The notes beneath the pieces were generated by a model. That model worked only from the letters and a program-made list of their open reading frames with translations. It was not told where the DNA came from and did no database searches. Positions 8,894-19,014 of a stretch of DNA of 64,000 bases are shown here, piece after piece. The position numbers and the translations under genes were made by a program. Source of the DNA: Terriglobia bacterium (GTDB taxonomy: Bacteria > Acidobacteriota > Terriglobia > 20CM-2-55-15); NCBI GenBank assembly GCA_963664115.2, contig CAXWPJ010000006.1, positions 160,001 through 224,000 of the forward strand, read 5' to 3'. How positions within the stretch are numbered: position 1 is the first letter of the stretch; each line of letters starts with the position of its first letter.

Positions 8894-10225
8894 TCATTGA
8901 TTTCTGGTCTCAAAACCAGCAGTGCTCGTTCCTAAATAGGACTCAGCGGCGGGGGAACGGTTATTCAAGTAAGGTATGGTTTGTGGGCCCTGTGGCAGGA
9001 CACACAGAGTGGACCCGGCACCCGCATCTCTTAAGGCATTGTGAGTGGCTTTGGCGAGGTCGGTGACAGGTTCGAAATGTGCCGCCCGGATTGCGGAGTC
9101 CGACAGGCCGTCGGATTTCAAAAGAACCTTTGCCTTGAGCTGGATCTGAGCCTGGACCTGGACCTGCCACTGATCCGGTCGTCGATAACCGGTTGCGGTG
9201 ACCTTGTCCAGCATTCCCTGTGGGGATTGGCACGAGGCCAGGATCTCTCCGTAGGCGCCGTGGTCGGGGATACCGTCACGACACTCCGCCGCGCAGATGA
9301 TCGTCCCTCCCGGTTTTACAATCTTCGCTGCCGCGGACATGCCTTTGACCGATTGGTACAGGTTTTGATCGAGCGGATAGCCGGAGTTAGTCGTGACGAC
9401 CACATCGAAGAGGGCATCGACGGCTTGCATGGCATTAGACTGCGCCCAGCGGCATGCAGCGGCATGCTCGTCGAAAAGTTTCCCGGCAAAAACGGCCGTA
9501 ATTTCTTGTCGGCGATTGAGCGTGACGTCCAGAGCGAAATCGACGCCTGTCATTGCGGAAATCTCCCGAACGTCATCGTGTATGGGATTGCCCTCGGTGA
9601 TGCCCCACGTGGCGCTCGGATGCCCGATGCGGGAGGCGTCATGGAGGTGGAGCACGGTTTCCAGTCCCGCCAGACCCGGCGCCACCATCTTGGGTCCACC
9701 GCTGAATCCCGCGAAGAAGTGCGGTTCGACGAAGCCGGTGGTGATCCTGAAATCGGCCTCCAGCCAATGCCGGTTCAACAATACCGGAACACCGGACTCT
9801 GTTTCTCCGGCACGAATCAGGGCCGAATCGTCCCGGGCATTGTGGCAGACGATGCGATAGTTTGCAGCGATCTCCGCCCCAAGCATTGCGACGAGTTCAT
9901 CCTGAGTGTTGGCCCGATGGGTTCCGGTGGCTATGAACAGCGTGATGTCTTCAGGCCGGGTTCCGGGCATTTCGGAAAACAAAGCTTCCAGCATCAGTTG
10001 CCGCGGCTGCGCCCGCGTGATGTCGCAGACGGAAATACCGACCTGCTGACCTGCTTGCACAAGTTCCGAAAGAGCGGTACCGGCGACCGGTGTTCGGATG
10101 GCGTCGATTAATAAATCGGTTGGATGGGCCGCCCCGGGCCGATCTTGCGGTTCGATGACGGTGCACCGTTCATCGGGAAGTTCGACCTTCAAGCCCGCTG
10201 TGCCGTAGTCCAGGTTGAGTATCAA
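8894..10225 (-). CDS. larA: LarA-family nickel-pincer-dependent racemase/epimerase
   Basis: CDITR, ATGTHR, EPHFFAGFSGGPK, GYPLDQNLYQSVKG and PDQWQ motifs. Confidence 0.88.
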   Translation of the reverse strand: MILNLDYGTAGLKVELPDERCTVIEPQDRPGAAHPTDLLIDAIRTPVAGTALSELVQAGQQVGISVCDITRAQPRQLMLEALFSEMPGTRPEDITLFIATGTHRANTQDELVAMLGAEIAANYRIVCHNARDDSALIRAGETESGVPVLLNRHWLEADFRITTGFVEPHFFAGFSGGPKMVAPGLAGLETVLHLHDASRIGHPSATWGITEGNPIHDDVREISAMTGVDFALDVTLNRRQEITAVFAGKLFDEHAAACRWAQSNAMQAVDALFDVVVTTNSGYPLDQNLYQSVKGMSAAAKIVKPGGTIICAAECRDGIPDHGAYGEILASCQSPQGMLDKVTATGYRRPDQWQVQVQAQIQLKAKVLLKSDGLSDSAIRAAHFEPVTDLAKATHNALRDAGAGSTLCVLPQGPQTIPYLNNRSPAAESYLGTSTAGFETRNQ

Positions 10226-10334
10226 GCGTCAGTCCCTAAGTGTGGGGGACAGCCCACCCAATCCCATGTCTTTCCGTCCAGCTCGAGGTTCGGCGGTCTG
10301 TCCCAACATTCAATATCAAGAGTCCATCTGCAGC

Positions 10335-11747
10335 CTAGAAAACACCGACGAGGGGCGCGATAAGCGTCATAGCCGCCGTCATCACGATCACCCAGATGAT
10401 GCTGATGATGGCCCCGGGCAGGAACATATCCGTCATCTTGTAGTAACCCTTGCTGTATGTGATCAGGGGCACGGCATCCAGCGGGAGAAGAAACGAGCAC
10501 GAGGCCGTGAACGCAACCGGAAGCGCGTAGAGCGCGGGATTCGCTCCGGCAGCTTCTGCGAGGAGCATGATCGGAGGAATCATCACCACTATAATGACGG
10601 GATTGATCGGCAGCATCAGGTGAATGACAACGGTGAACGCACTGATCAGTAGGAGAATCCAGAGTGTGGGGAGGTCGGCCAGTCCGCCGAGGACCGAATC
10701 GACGAGCCACCGCGCCAGGCCGCTGCTCGACGACGCTCCTCCCAGTGTGGTCACACCGCCTAACATGACCAGGATGCCCCAACCCACTGCATCTTGAGCT
10801 TCCTGCCAGGAAAACAAGCGTATGCCGGGTAAGAACATTGCGCATCCGCCGCACATTGCGACCAGGGTGACGTCGAGGGCCGGTACCCAGGTGCTCAGAA
10901 TCCACAAAACCATCAAGGTCCCCACAATAGCCACAACCTTCCATTCGCCCGGACTGATGGGTCCCAGTTGGCGACGTTCTTCCTCTATTTCGTCATGGGT
11001 TCCAATAGACGCGATCTCGGGCGGGAAGAACTTGCCCAGGATCCAGGCGGCGATCGGCAACAATATGACGGCCATGGGGATCCCGATGGCCATCCAGGAA
11101 AGGAAGGGTATGCGCGGCCCACCGTTCTGTTCGATCATCACGAGACCCAGGATATTGATCGAACTGCCGGCCGGAGTGCCGATGCCTCCAATCAGCGCGC
11201 CGATAGGGATGCCCAGCATGACGGATTTAGCAAACTGAGATCCCGGTTTCAATTCCAGTTTCGCGAAGATGCCCAGCGCGATGGCCATAAACACAGCCGC
11301 GCTCGGTACGTCCGACATGGTCAAAGATATTGCGCCACTGCCGATCACGAATACATATAGAACCCGTTTCGATTCTGTACCCGCTTTAGAGATCATCCAA
11401 AGCGCGAACCTTTGCGCGAGTCCTGTCTTAACCCAGGCCAGGGAGATCAGAAACATGACCAGCACGAAGAAGAAAACAGGACTTATGAAGTTGCCGAAAG
11501 CCACGCCGAGCGTGCTTAATCCGAAGATCGGCTGGAAGATCAGGGCCAGCAGTGCCGTTACGGCAATGGGTAACGCTTCGGTCGCCCACAAGACCAGAAT
11601 TCCGGCGAGCAGGGCCGCGAGTCGCTGGCCCTCCACGGGTAAGCCCTCCGGGTTGGGCAGGATCAAGACCACCGCCGTGGCAGCGATCGCCCCTAGGATT
11701 CCCCAAGCGGCCGAATTACTTTTCGCAGTGCCCGAGCTTTGCGCCAT
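10335..11747 (-). CDS. SLC13/DASS-family anion (di/tricarboxylate) transporter
   Basis: Many TM helices; LWATEALPIAVTAL, GGIGTPAGSSIN and SCSFLLPLD. Confidence 0.88.
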   Translation of the reverse strand: MAQSSGTAKSNSAAWGILGAIAATAVVLILPNPEGLPVEGQRLAALLAGILVLWATEALPIAVTALLALIFQPIFGLSTLGVAFGNFISPVFFFVLVMFLISLAWVKTGLAQRFALWMISKAGTESKRVLYVFVIGSGAISLTMSDVPSAAVFMAIALGIFAKLELKPGSQFAKSVMLGIPIGALIGGIGTPAGSSINILGLVMIEQNGGPRIPFLSWMAIGIPMAVILLPIAAWILGKFFPPEIASIGTHDEIEEERRQLGPISPGEWKVVAIVGTLMVLWILSTWVPALDVTLVAMCGGCAMFLPGIRLFSWQEAQDAVGWGILVMLGGVTTLGGASSSSGLARWLVDSVLGGLADLPTLWILLLISAFTVVIHLMLPINPVIIVVMIPPIMLLAEAAGANPALYALPVAFTASCSFLLPLDAVPLITYSKGYYKMTDMFLPGAIISIIWVIVMTAAMTLIAPLVGVF

Positions 11748-11750
11748 CCG

Positions 11751-12149
11751 TCACTCCTTGGCGTCTTCGAAGACGGCAGTGATTTCACATTGAACGCGGT
11801 AATTCTGAGGGAGGTCCTGATTCTGAAACGTATGGCGGACAGGCCGTGATTCGACGTCGGGGAACATCGCGAGCCATTCTTTGTTGAGGTGGGTCTTATC
11901 GTCACCTTCGAGCCAGACCGACAGCTTGATAATGTCGTCGATGGACCCGCCGGCGGCTTCCATGATGCGTGGCAGGTTGGCGAACATCAACGCGCATTCG
12001 CTTTCAAGGTCAACCCCTGTCTCGCCGGTCTCCGGATCCTTTCCCGAGATGGGCCCGGTCACGAGCAGTGAACCCATGCGTGTCGCCAACGGGATCGGGT
12101 GCATATGTTCGAGACCCGGCACCTTAAGAACGATTCGCTTGTGCGTCAT
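11751..12149 (-). CDS. RidA/YjgF/UK114-family imine/enamine deaminase
   Basis: 132 aa; EAAGGSIDDIIK and FPDVESRPVRHT with the catalytic-type Arg. Confidence 0.8.
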   Translation of the reverse strand: MTHKRIVLKVPGLEHMHPIPLATRMGSLLVTGPISGKDPETGETGVDLESECALMFANLPRIMEAAGGSIDDIIKLSVWLEGDDKTHLNKEWLAMFPDVESRPVRHTFQNQDLPQNYRVQCEITAVFEDAKE

Positions 12150-12343
12150 ATCCTGCTCGGTGAATGTATTTCACGGTGTCCACTGCGGTGCTCCCGTTTC
12201 GAAAACCCGCTATCAACGCCGTAAAGGCTCTCGTTACCCCGCCATCAGGGCGCCATTGTAGCCTGATGATCTCTCCCGACCAAGGTCAGGGCACTTCCAG
12301 TTGGATTCGCCCCGGACTGCTACACTTGACCGGGAGGCGTTTC

Positions 12344-13747
12344 ATGATCTGTTGTCGATCGATAACAGCAGTCGGTTTTCTCCTGCTCTGCCTCGGGGTG
12401 ATGCCTTTGCGAGGCGCCGCACAATCGGGCCCTGCTGATCCGAATGTGTTGGATGTCTGCGATTCCATCGCGGAATTGTTGGAGGCCGAACACGGATTCC
12501 AAAACCTCGTGAACCCGGTGATACGAAACCGGGTTGAGGTTGAAGCCAGGGTGAGCGACTACAGAGAGATGCTGTCCTGCCTCGATTCGGTGGCGGTGTC
12601 GGCAAGCTCTCTGGGCTGGGTCCGCAACCTGAGGTACCACCTTCGATTGTTCCTTTCCTTCGCTGCTCCATCCGAAGTAAACACTCGAGGCTCCGTGCTG
12701 CGGTTGGTCGATCTTCAGGCGAGTGAGGATCCTGCGATACGCCGGTTGGTCCAAGAGCTCGGACTCGCTTCGCCCGAAGGGTCGGTTCTGGTTCGATATT
12801 TCCGGAGCCGTGAACAGATGCCGGAGAACATCCAGCGGGCATTCGAGAGTCCTCAGACTCAGGCCGTGACGATGTCGTCACGATATATTGCCGTCCTGAC
12901 ATCGCCTTCCAGGAGTTTCGGACAGGGAGGGATCGGGGGTGGGGCCTCGGCGGCGACATTGTCCCACGAACTCGTCCACGCGTTCCTTAGCGCGCGGCTG
13001 AATACCGAGCTTTCGCCTGAAGGGTTTCCCCGCTGGTTTCACGAAGGAATGGCGATTCACTATAGCGATCGCGGCCGGGCGCATATCAGTGTCGATCCCG
13101 TTTCCGGTGACCTCCTGCGTATCGAGCCGACACCGCAGTACGAGCAATACGAAAGGGTGTTTCGCTTCCTGGAATCCGAACTGGGAGTCGATCGATTCAG
13201 ACAGGAAGTGCGACGTTCAGTGGAGGACGTCGATCCGTCGATTCTGTATCGAACGATGGATTTTCCGTCTTATGAAGAGCTCGCGCTCAATGCCGAACTC
13301 TGGTGGCGTTGGTGGCCTCTCCCCCTCGTGTTCGTCCGCGATGGAAACGCTGGGTGGTTTGCTGGGCTCATGGTTATCCTGGGCGCCGGAGCCATGTTTG
13401 CCTGGCGCCGCTGGCAGCCTGCCGTTCCCGGATCTGCCCTGGAGGTTGGCGTTGATAGGGATCTGATTGCGGCTGTCAAGACGGGCGACATCACCAGCAT
13501 GGCTTACTTGATTCGTTCGGGAGCGAATCCCGATTCCCGCGACGATGGTGGCTGGTCAGCCCTCGCGTGGGCGGTTTGGGCCGACAATGCCCAGGCCGTG
13601 GAACTGCTCCTCAACGGTGGAGCGGATGTGAGCTCCCAAATCCGAGCCCTTGCGGAATCTCGCGATTGTTCTCCAGGAGTAATCTGTGTGCTGGCCGATG
13701 CTGTGACGCGTGAGGATGACGACTCGGTCGCAATGGACCGGAGCTGA
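12344..13747 (+). CDS. Exported gluzincin (peptidase MA-like) domain, then a TM helix, then ankyrin repeats
   Basis: GGGAGG RBS before ATG 12344; signal peptide; HELVHA...PRWFHEGMA; TM WFAGLMVILGAGAMFAW; ankyrin motifs GANPDSRDDGGWSALAWA and LLLNGGADV. Confidence 0.75.
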   Translation: MICCRSITAVGFLLLCLGVMPLRGAAQSGPADPNVLDVCDSIAELLEAEHGFQNLVNPVIRNRVEVEARVSDYREMLSCLDSVAVSASSLGWVRNLRYHLRLFLSFAAPSEVNTRGSVLRLVDLQASEDPAIRRLVQELGLASPEGSVLVRYFRSREQMPENIQRAFESPQTQAVTMSSRYIAVLTSPSRSFGQGGIGGGASAATLSHELVHAFLSARLNTELSPEGFPRWFHEGMAIHYSDRGRAHISVDPVSGDLLRIEPTPQYEQYERVFRFLESELGVDRFRQEVRRSVEDVDPSILYRTMDFPSYEELALNAELWWRWWPLPLVFVRDGNAGWFAGLMVILGAGAMFAWRRWQPAVPGSALEVGVDRDLIAAVKTGDITSMAYLIRSGANPDSRDDGGWSALAWAVWADNAQAVELLLNGGADVSSQIRALAESRDCSPGVICVLADAVTREDDDSVAMDRS

Positions 13748-13978
13748 GGCAAGGGGTTCCGCTATAGTCGTTTGAGTTAGGCGTAGATCCGAACGCGGGC
13801 TGCGGGGCGGATCAGTTCAGAGGCCCTGTCGGGCGCTTTCCTGCCGTATGATTGAAGACTTAGAGCAGAGCCGGACCGCGACAACCCGCATTTTGCTAAC
13901 ACTTCGAATGCAGTCGAGGGAAAAATTGTCCATCCCCTTGTGCGTGACGCTCCGGCATAAACCTGGAGGACTCCAAGA

Positions 13979-15334
13979 ATGAACAAGGCAGCCCAATCCG
14001 AACTGGATAAATTCATGAAGGGCTTGATTCGGCGCAATCCGGGTGAGCCTGAGTTTCACCAGGCCGTCCAGGAGGTTGCCGAAAGTCTGGCGCCGTTCAT
14101 CCTGGAGCACCCTGAATATCGTGACGCGCAGATCGTGGAACGCATGACCGAGCCGGATCGGATAATCATCTTTCGCGTGACCTGGCAGGATGACGCAGGA
14201 TGTATTCGTGCGAACCGTGGGTGGCGCGTTCAGTTCAATAATGCGATTGGCCCATACAAAGGCGGGCTCCGTTTTCATCCTTCGGTGACCTTGAGCGTTC
14301 TTAAGTTCCTTGGATTCGAACAGGTGTTCAAGAACAGTCTGACCGGTCTGCCAATGGGGGGCGCCAAGGGCGGTTCGAACTTCAACCCCAAGGACAAGAG
14401 TGACGGAGAGGTCATGCGATTCTGCCAGTCTCTGATGACGGAGCTCCACCGCTACATCGGAGAAGACACCGACGTTCCGGCCGGGGATATCGGTGTCGGC
14501 CCACGGGAGATCAGCTACCTCTTCGGCCAGTACAAGCGTCTCGAGAATCGATTTGCAGGCGTTCTGACCGGGAAGGGTCTGAGTTTTGGGGGGAGTTTTA
14601 TTCGACAGGAAGCGACCGGATACGGATGTATATATTTTGTAGAGCAAATGATGGAGAATCGCGGAGAAAGTGTGGAGGGGAAGACCTGTGTAGTTTCCGG
14701 CTCCGGTAATGTGTCGCTATATGCCATCGAAAAGCTGATCGAGCGGGGAGCGAGGCCCGTGACTGCGTCCGATTCAGGTGGATTCATTCACGACCCTGAT
14801 GGGATTGACGGCGACAAGCTTGAATGGCTCAAAGGACTGAAGGAGATCCGCCGCGGTCGGATTGGCGAGTACGCCGAGCAGTTTCCTCGAGCGACCTTCT
14901 ATGAAAAGCGCCGGCCATGGGGCGTGCCGGCGGATATTGCGATTCCATGTGCGACACAGAACGAACTGGACGGGGACGACGCCCGGGTCTTGATTGGAAA
15001 CGGCTTGCAGGCGATTGCCGAGGGCGCCAACATGCCCTGTACCCGGGAAGCGATTGAAGCGTTTGTCGGGGCGAAAATCCCGATTGCACCCGGAAAGGCA
15101 GCAAACGCAGGAGGCGTCGCCGTGTCCGGCCTCGAGCAAAGCCAGAATGCGCTACGGATCTCCTGGAGCCGCGAAGACGTCGATCAGCGTTTACAGGACA
15201 TCATGCGCAATATCCACGCACGGTCGGCCCGGTTCGGATACGAAAAAGACGGCTACATCAATTATGTCAACGGGGCGAACATCGCAGGGTTCGTCAAGGT
15301 TGCCGATGCCATGATCGCGTATGGCGTTGTTTAA
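13979..15334 (+). CDS. gdhA: NADP-specific glutamate dehydrogenase
   Basis: GPYKGGLRFHP, GGAKGGSNF, DVPAGDIGVG, SGSGNV and AANAGGVAVS; GGAGGA RBS. Confidence 0.95.
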   Translation: MNKAAQSELDKFMKGLIRRNPGEPEFHQAVQEVAESLAPFILEHPEYRDAQIVERMTEPDRIIIFRVTWQDDAGCIRANRGWRVQFNNAIGPYKGGLRFHPSVTLSVLKFLGFEQVFKNSLTGLPMGGAKGGSNFNPKDKSDGEVMRFCQSLMTELHRYIGEDTDVPAGDIGVGPREISYLFGQYKRLENRFAGVLTGKGLSFGGSFIRQEATGYGCIYFVEQMMENRGESVEGKTCVVSGSGNVSLYAIEKLIERGARPVTASDSGGFIHDPDGIDGDKLEWLKGLKEIRRGRIGEYAEQFPRATFYEKRRPWGVPADIAIPCATQNELDGDDARVLIGNGLQAIAEGANMPCTREAIEAFVGAKIPIAPGKAANAGGVAVSGLEQSQNALRISWSREDVDQRLQDIMRNIHARSARFGYEKDGYINYVNGANIAGFVKVADAMIAYGVV

Positions 15335-15574
15335 CCGGCACTTTCCCCGCTGGCTGGAAAACCCTGCCGATTTAATTGCCAAGTGGAGGAGTTATTTTGA
15401 TTGTCGCTGACCACCGATGGACCTATTCTTCACCGTGGACTCCTTGTCACGATCGGGCTGCTCGACGAGAGTCCACTTTCGCTTTCGCAATGCAATGCCG
15501 TTTGGGTCTGCATTTGGCGAGAAGGGTGAGTTCGGGTTAACAATTTTCAATTCAAAATCAGGCTGGAGGTTTCT

Positions 15575-16855
15575 ATGCGCCGTGTGACGTGCATCGCGGG
15601 TCTAATTTCGATCACTCTATTTTTAGTTGGGGCGTGTTCAGCGCCAACACCGGTGGAAGCCCCACAGACGGACGACGTCACCGTGTTCGAAGGGGCGCGG
15701 CTCATTGTCGGTGACGGGAGCGGGCCGATTGAGGATGCCGCATTCGTTGTCGTGAACGATCGATTCACCCAGGTGGGTCAAACGGGGCAGCTCAACGTGC
15801 CGGCAGGGGCCAATCGTGTGGATCTGACCGGCAAGACTGTCATGCCGGCGATTGTCGACGCACATAAGCACATCTCGAGCGACCGAGACGAGATGGTCGA
15901 ACAACTGCAGCGCCTGGCGTACTACGGCGTTGGCATGGTGACGAGTCTGGGTCAGGATCAGGGTGATGTGGCGTTGCAGGTACGGGAAAATCCGATTCCG
16001 AATGCCGCGCTGCTGCGCACGGCGGGACGGGGGATCACCGCGCCAGAGCCGGGGCGCTCCGAGGTCCCCTACTGGGTCACTACAGAAGATGAAGCCCGAA
16101 CGGCCATACAGGAACTGGCCGCGAGACAGGTTGACATGGTCAAGCTCTGGGTTGACGACCGGAACGGCATGTATGAAAAATTAAGTCCTGCCCTCTATGG
16201 CGCCGCTATCGACGAGGCTCACAGTGCCAATCTTCGCGTGACAGCCCATCTCTTTACGCTCGAAGACGCGAAAGGCCTTCTCAGGGCAGGTCTCGATGCC
16301 TTCGCCCACGGAATCCGGGACCGCGATATCGACGACGAGGTCGTTGAGCTGTTCCAGGAACGGCCTGATTTTTTCCTTGTGCCGAATATGCCCGACAGAG
16401 GAGTCGCTGTGGATATGAGCTGGCTGAGTGGAACGCTGCCCGCCGAAGAGGTCGAGCGGCTCCAGGCAGCGTCCACGGACCGGCCCGAGGCTCAAGAGTT
16501 CTGGGGAATTCAGGCCCGCAATCTGGACAGGCTGAACGCGGCGGGTGTGCGGATCGCCTTGGGGACCGACGGCAGCACGGACTGGGCACCGCATGTTGAA
16601 ATGGTTGACATGGTAGCGGCGGGGATGACGCCCGCTGAGGTTATAGTAGCCGCCACGAGCAATGCGGCTGAGCTGATGCAAGTCGACGACGTTGGTATGG
16701 TGGAAACGGGCAGGAGTGCGGACTTCATCGTTCTGAACGCCAATCCTCTCGATGACATCACCAACACGCGGCAAATCGACTCGGTCTATCTCCGCGGCAG
16801 TGCACTTGACCGGGCGGCTATGAGCGCCCAATGGACCAGTCAGGCATCGCAGTGA
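15575..16855 (+). CDS. Amidohydrolase-family lipoprotein
   Basis: Lipobox LVGAC; DLTGKTVMPAIVDAHKH, TAH, IALGTDG and ADFIVLNANPLDDI. Confidence 0.85.
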   Translation: MRRVTCIAGLISITLFLVGACSAPTPVEAPQTDDVTVFEGARLIVGDGSGPIEDAAFVVVNDRFTQVGQTGQLNVPAGANRVDLTGKTVMPAIVDAHKHISSDRDEMVEQLQRLAYYGVGMVTSLGQDQGDVALQVRENPIPNAALLRTAGRGITAPEPGRSEVPYWVTTEDEARTAIQELAARQVDMVKLWVDDRNGMYEKLSPALYGAAIDEAHSANLRVTAHLFTLEDAKGLLRAGLDAFAHGIRDRDIDDEVVELFQERPDFFLVPNMPDRGVAVDMSWLSGTLPAEEVERLQAASTDRPEAQEFWGIQARNLDRLNAAGVRIALGTDGSTDWAPHVEMVDMVAAGMTPAEVIVAATSNAAELMQVDDVGMVETGRSADFIVLNANPLDDITNTRQIDSVYLRGSALDRAAMSAQWTSQASQ

Positions 16856-17197
16856 AACCGAAAGGTTCGCGATTCGAAGAGAGCGTTTCGAATTCGTGAA
16901 CGTCGAGTGGCTGAGTTGGACCTGTCCACTGTTTCAGGGCGCATGGCCTGGGACAGTGGACCTCACCGACTGAGCCGATAGCCCAGCCAGATTCCGGCGA
17001 TTCCGCCGACGAACGACAACCCGACTCCCGACATCGACAGCCCGCTTCCGCCCCAGAGCGCAGGCAGGTAACCCCCGAGGGCCGATCCCACAAAGAATCC
17101 ACCCCAGATGAACTTTTTAGTCATGTGCTGGGCCCACTGTGTAATGCGGTCTTCCCGGAATCAACACCTTCTCAATTTCTAATCGCGTATTGTGTTA

Positions 17198-17495
17198 GCA
17201 GCCCGTGGCAGAAGTCTCGAGGACCGCGCGCAGGGGTCTTCGAGTTGCGGGCGCGAAGTGAGGAGCGGGCACCGAGGTCTGAAACCGAGGCCGCTGGCGC
17301 CGTCTTTACATCGTGACCGACGAGAGACAAAGCCTGCGGCCCGAACCCCCCTGCGCCCACAGGGTTACGGCGAAACGGGGCTGTCTTCGTTGTCGCCGAC
17401 TCCTCCCAATGAATGAGCATTGTCTCGTCGTCGTCTCCTAAAATCCAGCCCCGTTTGGCCGTAACGCGGCCCTCGAGACTTCTGCCACGGGCTGC
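17198..17495. mobile_element. MITE-like non-autonomous element (~300 bp) with long terminal inverted repeats
   Basis: Left end gcagcccgtggcagaagtctcgaggaccgcg is the inverse of right end cgcggccctcgagacttctgccacgggctgc with one mismatch. TA flanks both sides. Two long internal stems; no credible ORF. Confidence 0.8.
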
Positions 17496-17498
17496 TAG

Positions 17499-18966
17499 TA
17501 CTACTGTGTTACAAACGAAGCGGCCCACAGAGCGGACAGCACGGGAGTTGCTGGATGAGGAATCGTGCGATGCGAATGCGAAGTGAGGCGATCGAGCACG
17601 GATTATGTCGCTCGGGCCGGATCCGGGGCTCCGCGGGGTTTGAAGTGTCTGGGGAGTTGGGGGACGGATAGTCCAACATGCGTGACAAATGCAGAGGGGG
17701 AAAAACGGTTCCGCTCAGCGACCAGGAACCCATAAGCTGCGATGCATAAAGCGCCATGGTGGTGAAATCCACGCCAGCCGCGACCTTCGTAATGGCCCAG
17801 TCCGAGTTCCTGCTTGAGTTCCTGATAGTCGCGTTCGATGATCCAGCGATGCTTGGCCCGATAGACCAGATTTGAAAGAGAGGTATTGGTCCCGAGACTG
17901 GAGAGCCAGTATTGAACCGGTTCGGATTCGGTCTTGGGCCATTCGATCAACAACCATTCTTCCGGATGGGGCTCGTGGCGCTCATGATCGCGATGAGCCG
18001 TGCGAATCCGGATTGCGGCGAAGCGGGAGCGCAACGTGTCGGCCGTGCCTTCGCGCCAGGACACGTTCTTCCATTTTTGTCGAGGCAAGGAGAGAGCCAG
18101 TTGTTTGACCGAAACAGGACGATGCTTCTTGTGACGCCTCAACAGCGTCGGCGGGCGCCCCTGGCCGGTCCACGACTTCTTGGGCAGGGGTTGCCGACCG
18201 GGCTCCCAGACCGAGGTCGAGGATTGGATGCCAACCACATAAGGCAGCCCCAGTGCGGTAATCGTCGCGCGAAACTTACTGTCGTTGCCGTAGGCGGCAT
18301 CGGCCAACACGGGAGCCGTCCCCACACCGTCCGCAATCGCCTGTCGGATTTGGTCCAGAGCAATCGCAATCTTGGTCTGGAATCCAACCGCGTCGGGGAC
18401 ACCGGTCTTCTTGCGGCGTTCGGCATCGTTCGCCCAAAGCTTCGGCAGGTACAGCCGCCATGCCACGGGCAGACTCGATTTCGCCGTCGCTACCGACAGA
18501 CTGACCGCCACCCGGCAGTTCTCCTGCTTGCCGACCTGTCCACAGTATTGCCGGGCCACACCTACCGAGTGGGTCCCCTTCTTCACGAATCCGGTGTCGT
18601 CGACAATCCACGATTCAATCGGACCGTGCGCTTCCATCCCCGGCAACGTCGACTCCCGGACTTGTCGCAATATGGCCGCATCCTCCCAGGGGGCATCCGC
18701 CACCAGGTGATGCAGCGACTGATGCATTTGGCGCACATTATCCGGAGCCAATCGCGCCGCCATCGGTTCCACGCTCTTGCGCTTGATTGGCAGCAGCAAT
18801 CCCTTGCAGTACCACTTCAGCGGTTCATGACGGTCGGCGTGTCCGGCGGCCGACGCCAGGCGTTCCATATAGGCCGCAAAACGTTCTTCCTGAGTGCCTG
18901 GCGCCTTCGTTTTGGCGCTCATGTGCAAATGCTAACACAAGCTCGTCATTTTGTAACACAGTAGTA
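17499..18966 (-). mobile_element. IS701-family insertion sequence, copy 1
   Basis: Perfect 17-bp IR tactactgtgttacaaa / tttgtaacacagtagta; CTAG on both flanks (17495-17498, 18967-18970). Confidence 0.93.
17603..18922 (-). CDS. IS701-family DDE transposase
   Basis: IVDDTGFVKKGTHSVGVARQYCG, LADAAYG and RWIIERDYQELKQELGLGHYEGRGWRGFHHH. Confidence 0.93.
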   Translation of the reverse strand: MSAKTKAPGTQEERFAAYMERLASAAGHADRHEPLKWYCKGLLLPIKRKSVEPMAARLAPDNVRQMHQSLHHLVADAPWEDAAILRQVRESTLPGMEAHGPIESWIVDDTGFVKKGTHSVGVARQYCGQVGKQENCRVAVSLSVATAKSSLPVAWRLYLPKLWANDAERRKKTGVPDAVGFQTKIAIALDQIRQAIADGVGTAPVLADAAYGNDSKFRATITALGLPYVVGIQSSTSVWEPGRQPLPKKSWTGQGRPPTLLRRHKKHRPVSVKQLALSLPRQKWKNVSWREGTADTLRSRFAAIRIRTAHRDHERHEPHPEEWLLIEWPKTESEPVQYWLSSLGTNTSLSNLVYRAKHRWIIERDYQELKQELGLGHYEGRGWRGFHHHGALCIAAYGFLVAERNRFSPSAFVTHVGLSVPQLPRHFKPRGAPDPARAT

Positions 18967-19014
18967 CTAGAGGGGAGCTGATCACCCAGCTCTGGTCACA
19001 ACACTGAACGTGGA

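Noticed and set aside
17912-18964. 350-aa plus-strand ORF inside each IS701, and other long antisense ORFs such as 1382-2431, 9041-10111, 26935-28080 and 40623-41600
   Set aside because: They are shadow ORFs opposite well-supported genes in GC-rich DNA and have no recognisable motifs.
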